NCBI GenBank assembly: GCA_029210695.1
Contig: JARGFH010000027.1
Span: 1-48,768 of the forward strand
Origin: Acidimicrobiia bacterium
Lineage (GTDB): Bacteria; Actinomycetota; Acidimicrobiia; Spongiisociales; JAHEDJ01
DNA: 48,768 bases
Direction of reading: 5' to 3'
Under the pieces are notes generated by a model that was not told the DNA's origin, ran no database searches, and saw nothing but the letters and a program-made list of their open reading frames with translations. The position numbers and the translations under genes are program-made. Each line of letters begins with the position of its first letter. Position 1 is the stretch's first letter. This document shows, piece by piece, positions 48,161-48,768 of this stretch.

Positions 48161-48462
48161 GAGGGTTCCGATCCGGCCAGGCGGTCTAGTACCAGGCGAT
48201 AGCCGCTCATTCCGTGCTGGCGCCACTGGTTGACCCGAGTGATGGTGGCGGTCGAGACGCCCATGTCTTCGGCGATCTGCCGGTAGGGGACACCATCTTC
48301 GAGCTTGCGCACGATCGCCCATCGCTGTCCCAGTTCGGTGAGTTCGTTGAAAGTGAGGAGGTCGCGGAAGAACCGGGCTACCTCATCGGTGTCCTCGAGG
48401 GTGAGCACTGCTTCGAACAGCGCCTCGGTGTCGGGGTTCCTCCACTCGTCACGGGGGTCCAT
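48157..48462 (-). CDS. YerC/YecD TrpR-like regulator (probable HisR)
   Basis: LFEA.L.L, FFRDL.T..E...L.QRW, PYRQI....GVSTATITRV; first gene of the his operon. Confidence 0.9.
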   Translation of the reverse strand: MDPRDEWRNPDTEALFEAVLTLEDTDEVARFFRDLLTFNELTELGQRWAIVRKLEDGVPYRQIAEDMGVSTATITRVNQWRQHGMSGYRLVLDRLAGSEPS

Positions 48463-48482
48463 CTGGATCCTCTTCAGTAAGC

Positions 48483-48518
48483 TGTGATAGCAGACTAGCG
48501 TTTTAGCACACTAATACA
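48483..48518 (-). promoter_or_regulatory. Candidate tandem TrpR-like (HisR) operator
   Basis: Two TAG-CA(G/C)A-CTA quasi-palindromes at 48488-48497 and 48504-48513 (16-nt period) just upstream of the regulator. Confidence 0.6.
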
Positions 48519-48608
48519 CAACATTTATGGAAAGACACAGAAGGAGCGATCGGTCCCCCGCAGGGTGTCACGTCGCGGGTTCGTGCGAGACACTTCCATT
48601 CAACGTGT

Positions 48609-48662
48609 CCTCTCCCGCGAAGCGGGGGAGGTGGTTTCGCCGAAAGGCGAAAGCGGAGGGGG
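48609..48662. repeat. Double-hairpin repeat element related to the hisIE copies
   Basis: CCTCTCCCGC-GAA-GCGGGGGAGG, TTTCGCC-GAAA-GGCGAAA and a GGAGGGGG tail. Confidence 0.65.
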
Positions 48663-48692
48663 CTACCAGACAAAGAACCAACGAAGGCAAGG

Positions 48693-48768
48693 TGTCGCCC
48701 GCCAGCGGGATGGGACCACCTTGAGATGAGTTTCGCCAGGGGGATGGGACCACCTGCTCGCCAGTGAT
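48693..48768. mobile_element. Probable terminus of an IS21-like insertion sequence (truncated by the window end)
   Basis: Begins TGT. 22-bp direct repeats CGCCAG(C/G)GGGATGGGACCACCT at 48700-48721 and 48734-48755, with a third copy starting at 48759. No transposase visible. Confidence 0.5.

Noticed and set aside
48527..48753. Small ORFs or a His-rich leader peptide upstream of the his operon
   Set aside because: No His-codon run; the ORFs are translations of palindromic repeats and the IS-like end
48700..48768. CRISPR array
   Set aside because: Gaps between repeats are only 12 and 3 nt, and there are no cas genes
1..48768. Numerous long overlapping or antisense ORFs and long N-terminal extensions in the ORF track (e.g. 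2415-3632, 36506-37585, 38550-39659, 42999-43412)
   Set aside because: Arg/Pro/Ser-rich shadow frames expected at high GC; they overlap well-supported genes and show no family motifs
1..48768. tRNA, rRNA, prophage or defence genes
   Set aside because: No recognisable cloverleaf, rRNA segment, phage or defence-domain protein was seen by eye

Overview
High-GC bacterial chromosomal segment, most likely from an actinobacterium and probably an Acidimicrobiia-like lineage. This is inferred from WhiB, a Nur-type Fur protein and many apparently leaderless genes. Contents in order: GGCT-like gene, DUF3179 lipoprotein, whiB, glutaryl-CoA dehydrogenase, trpD, then a nickel/redox locus (nur, a hidden UxxC thioredoxin-fold lipoprotein that the ORF track splits at an in-frame TGA followed by a SECIS-like hairpin, a CMD/AhpD-like gene, and nikMN-Q-O with a Nur box). 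Next come an ABC-2 exporter, a divergent six-gene C5-dicarboxylate cluster (Mcd-like dehydrogenase, Mct, Meh, CitE-like lyase, class III CoA-transferase, MmgE/PrpD), two OmpR-type two-component systems each next to a small secreted protein, a Dpp/Opp ABC importer, an MFS pump, an Lgt-like/TlpA pair, glgC, a heterodimeric ABC exporter and a Mo-oxidoreductase. The window ends with a his operon that lacks hisA and is led by a TrpR-like (YerC/HisR) regulator, and then a probable IS end. Best leads: the unannotated selenoprotein inside the Nur/Ni locus, palindromic repeat elements translated in frame inside HisIE, and the Mcd+Mct+Meh+lyase pathway. All family assignments come from recognising motifs by eye; no searches were run.
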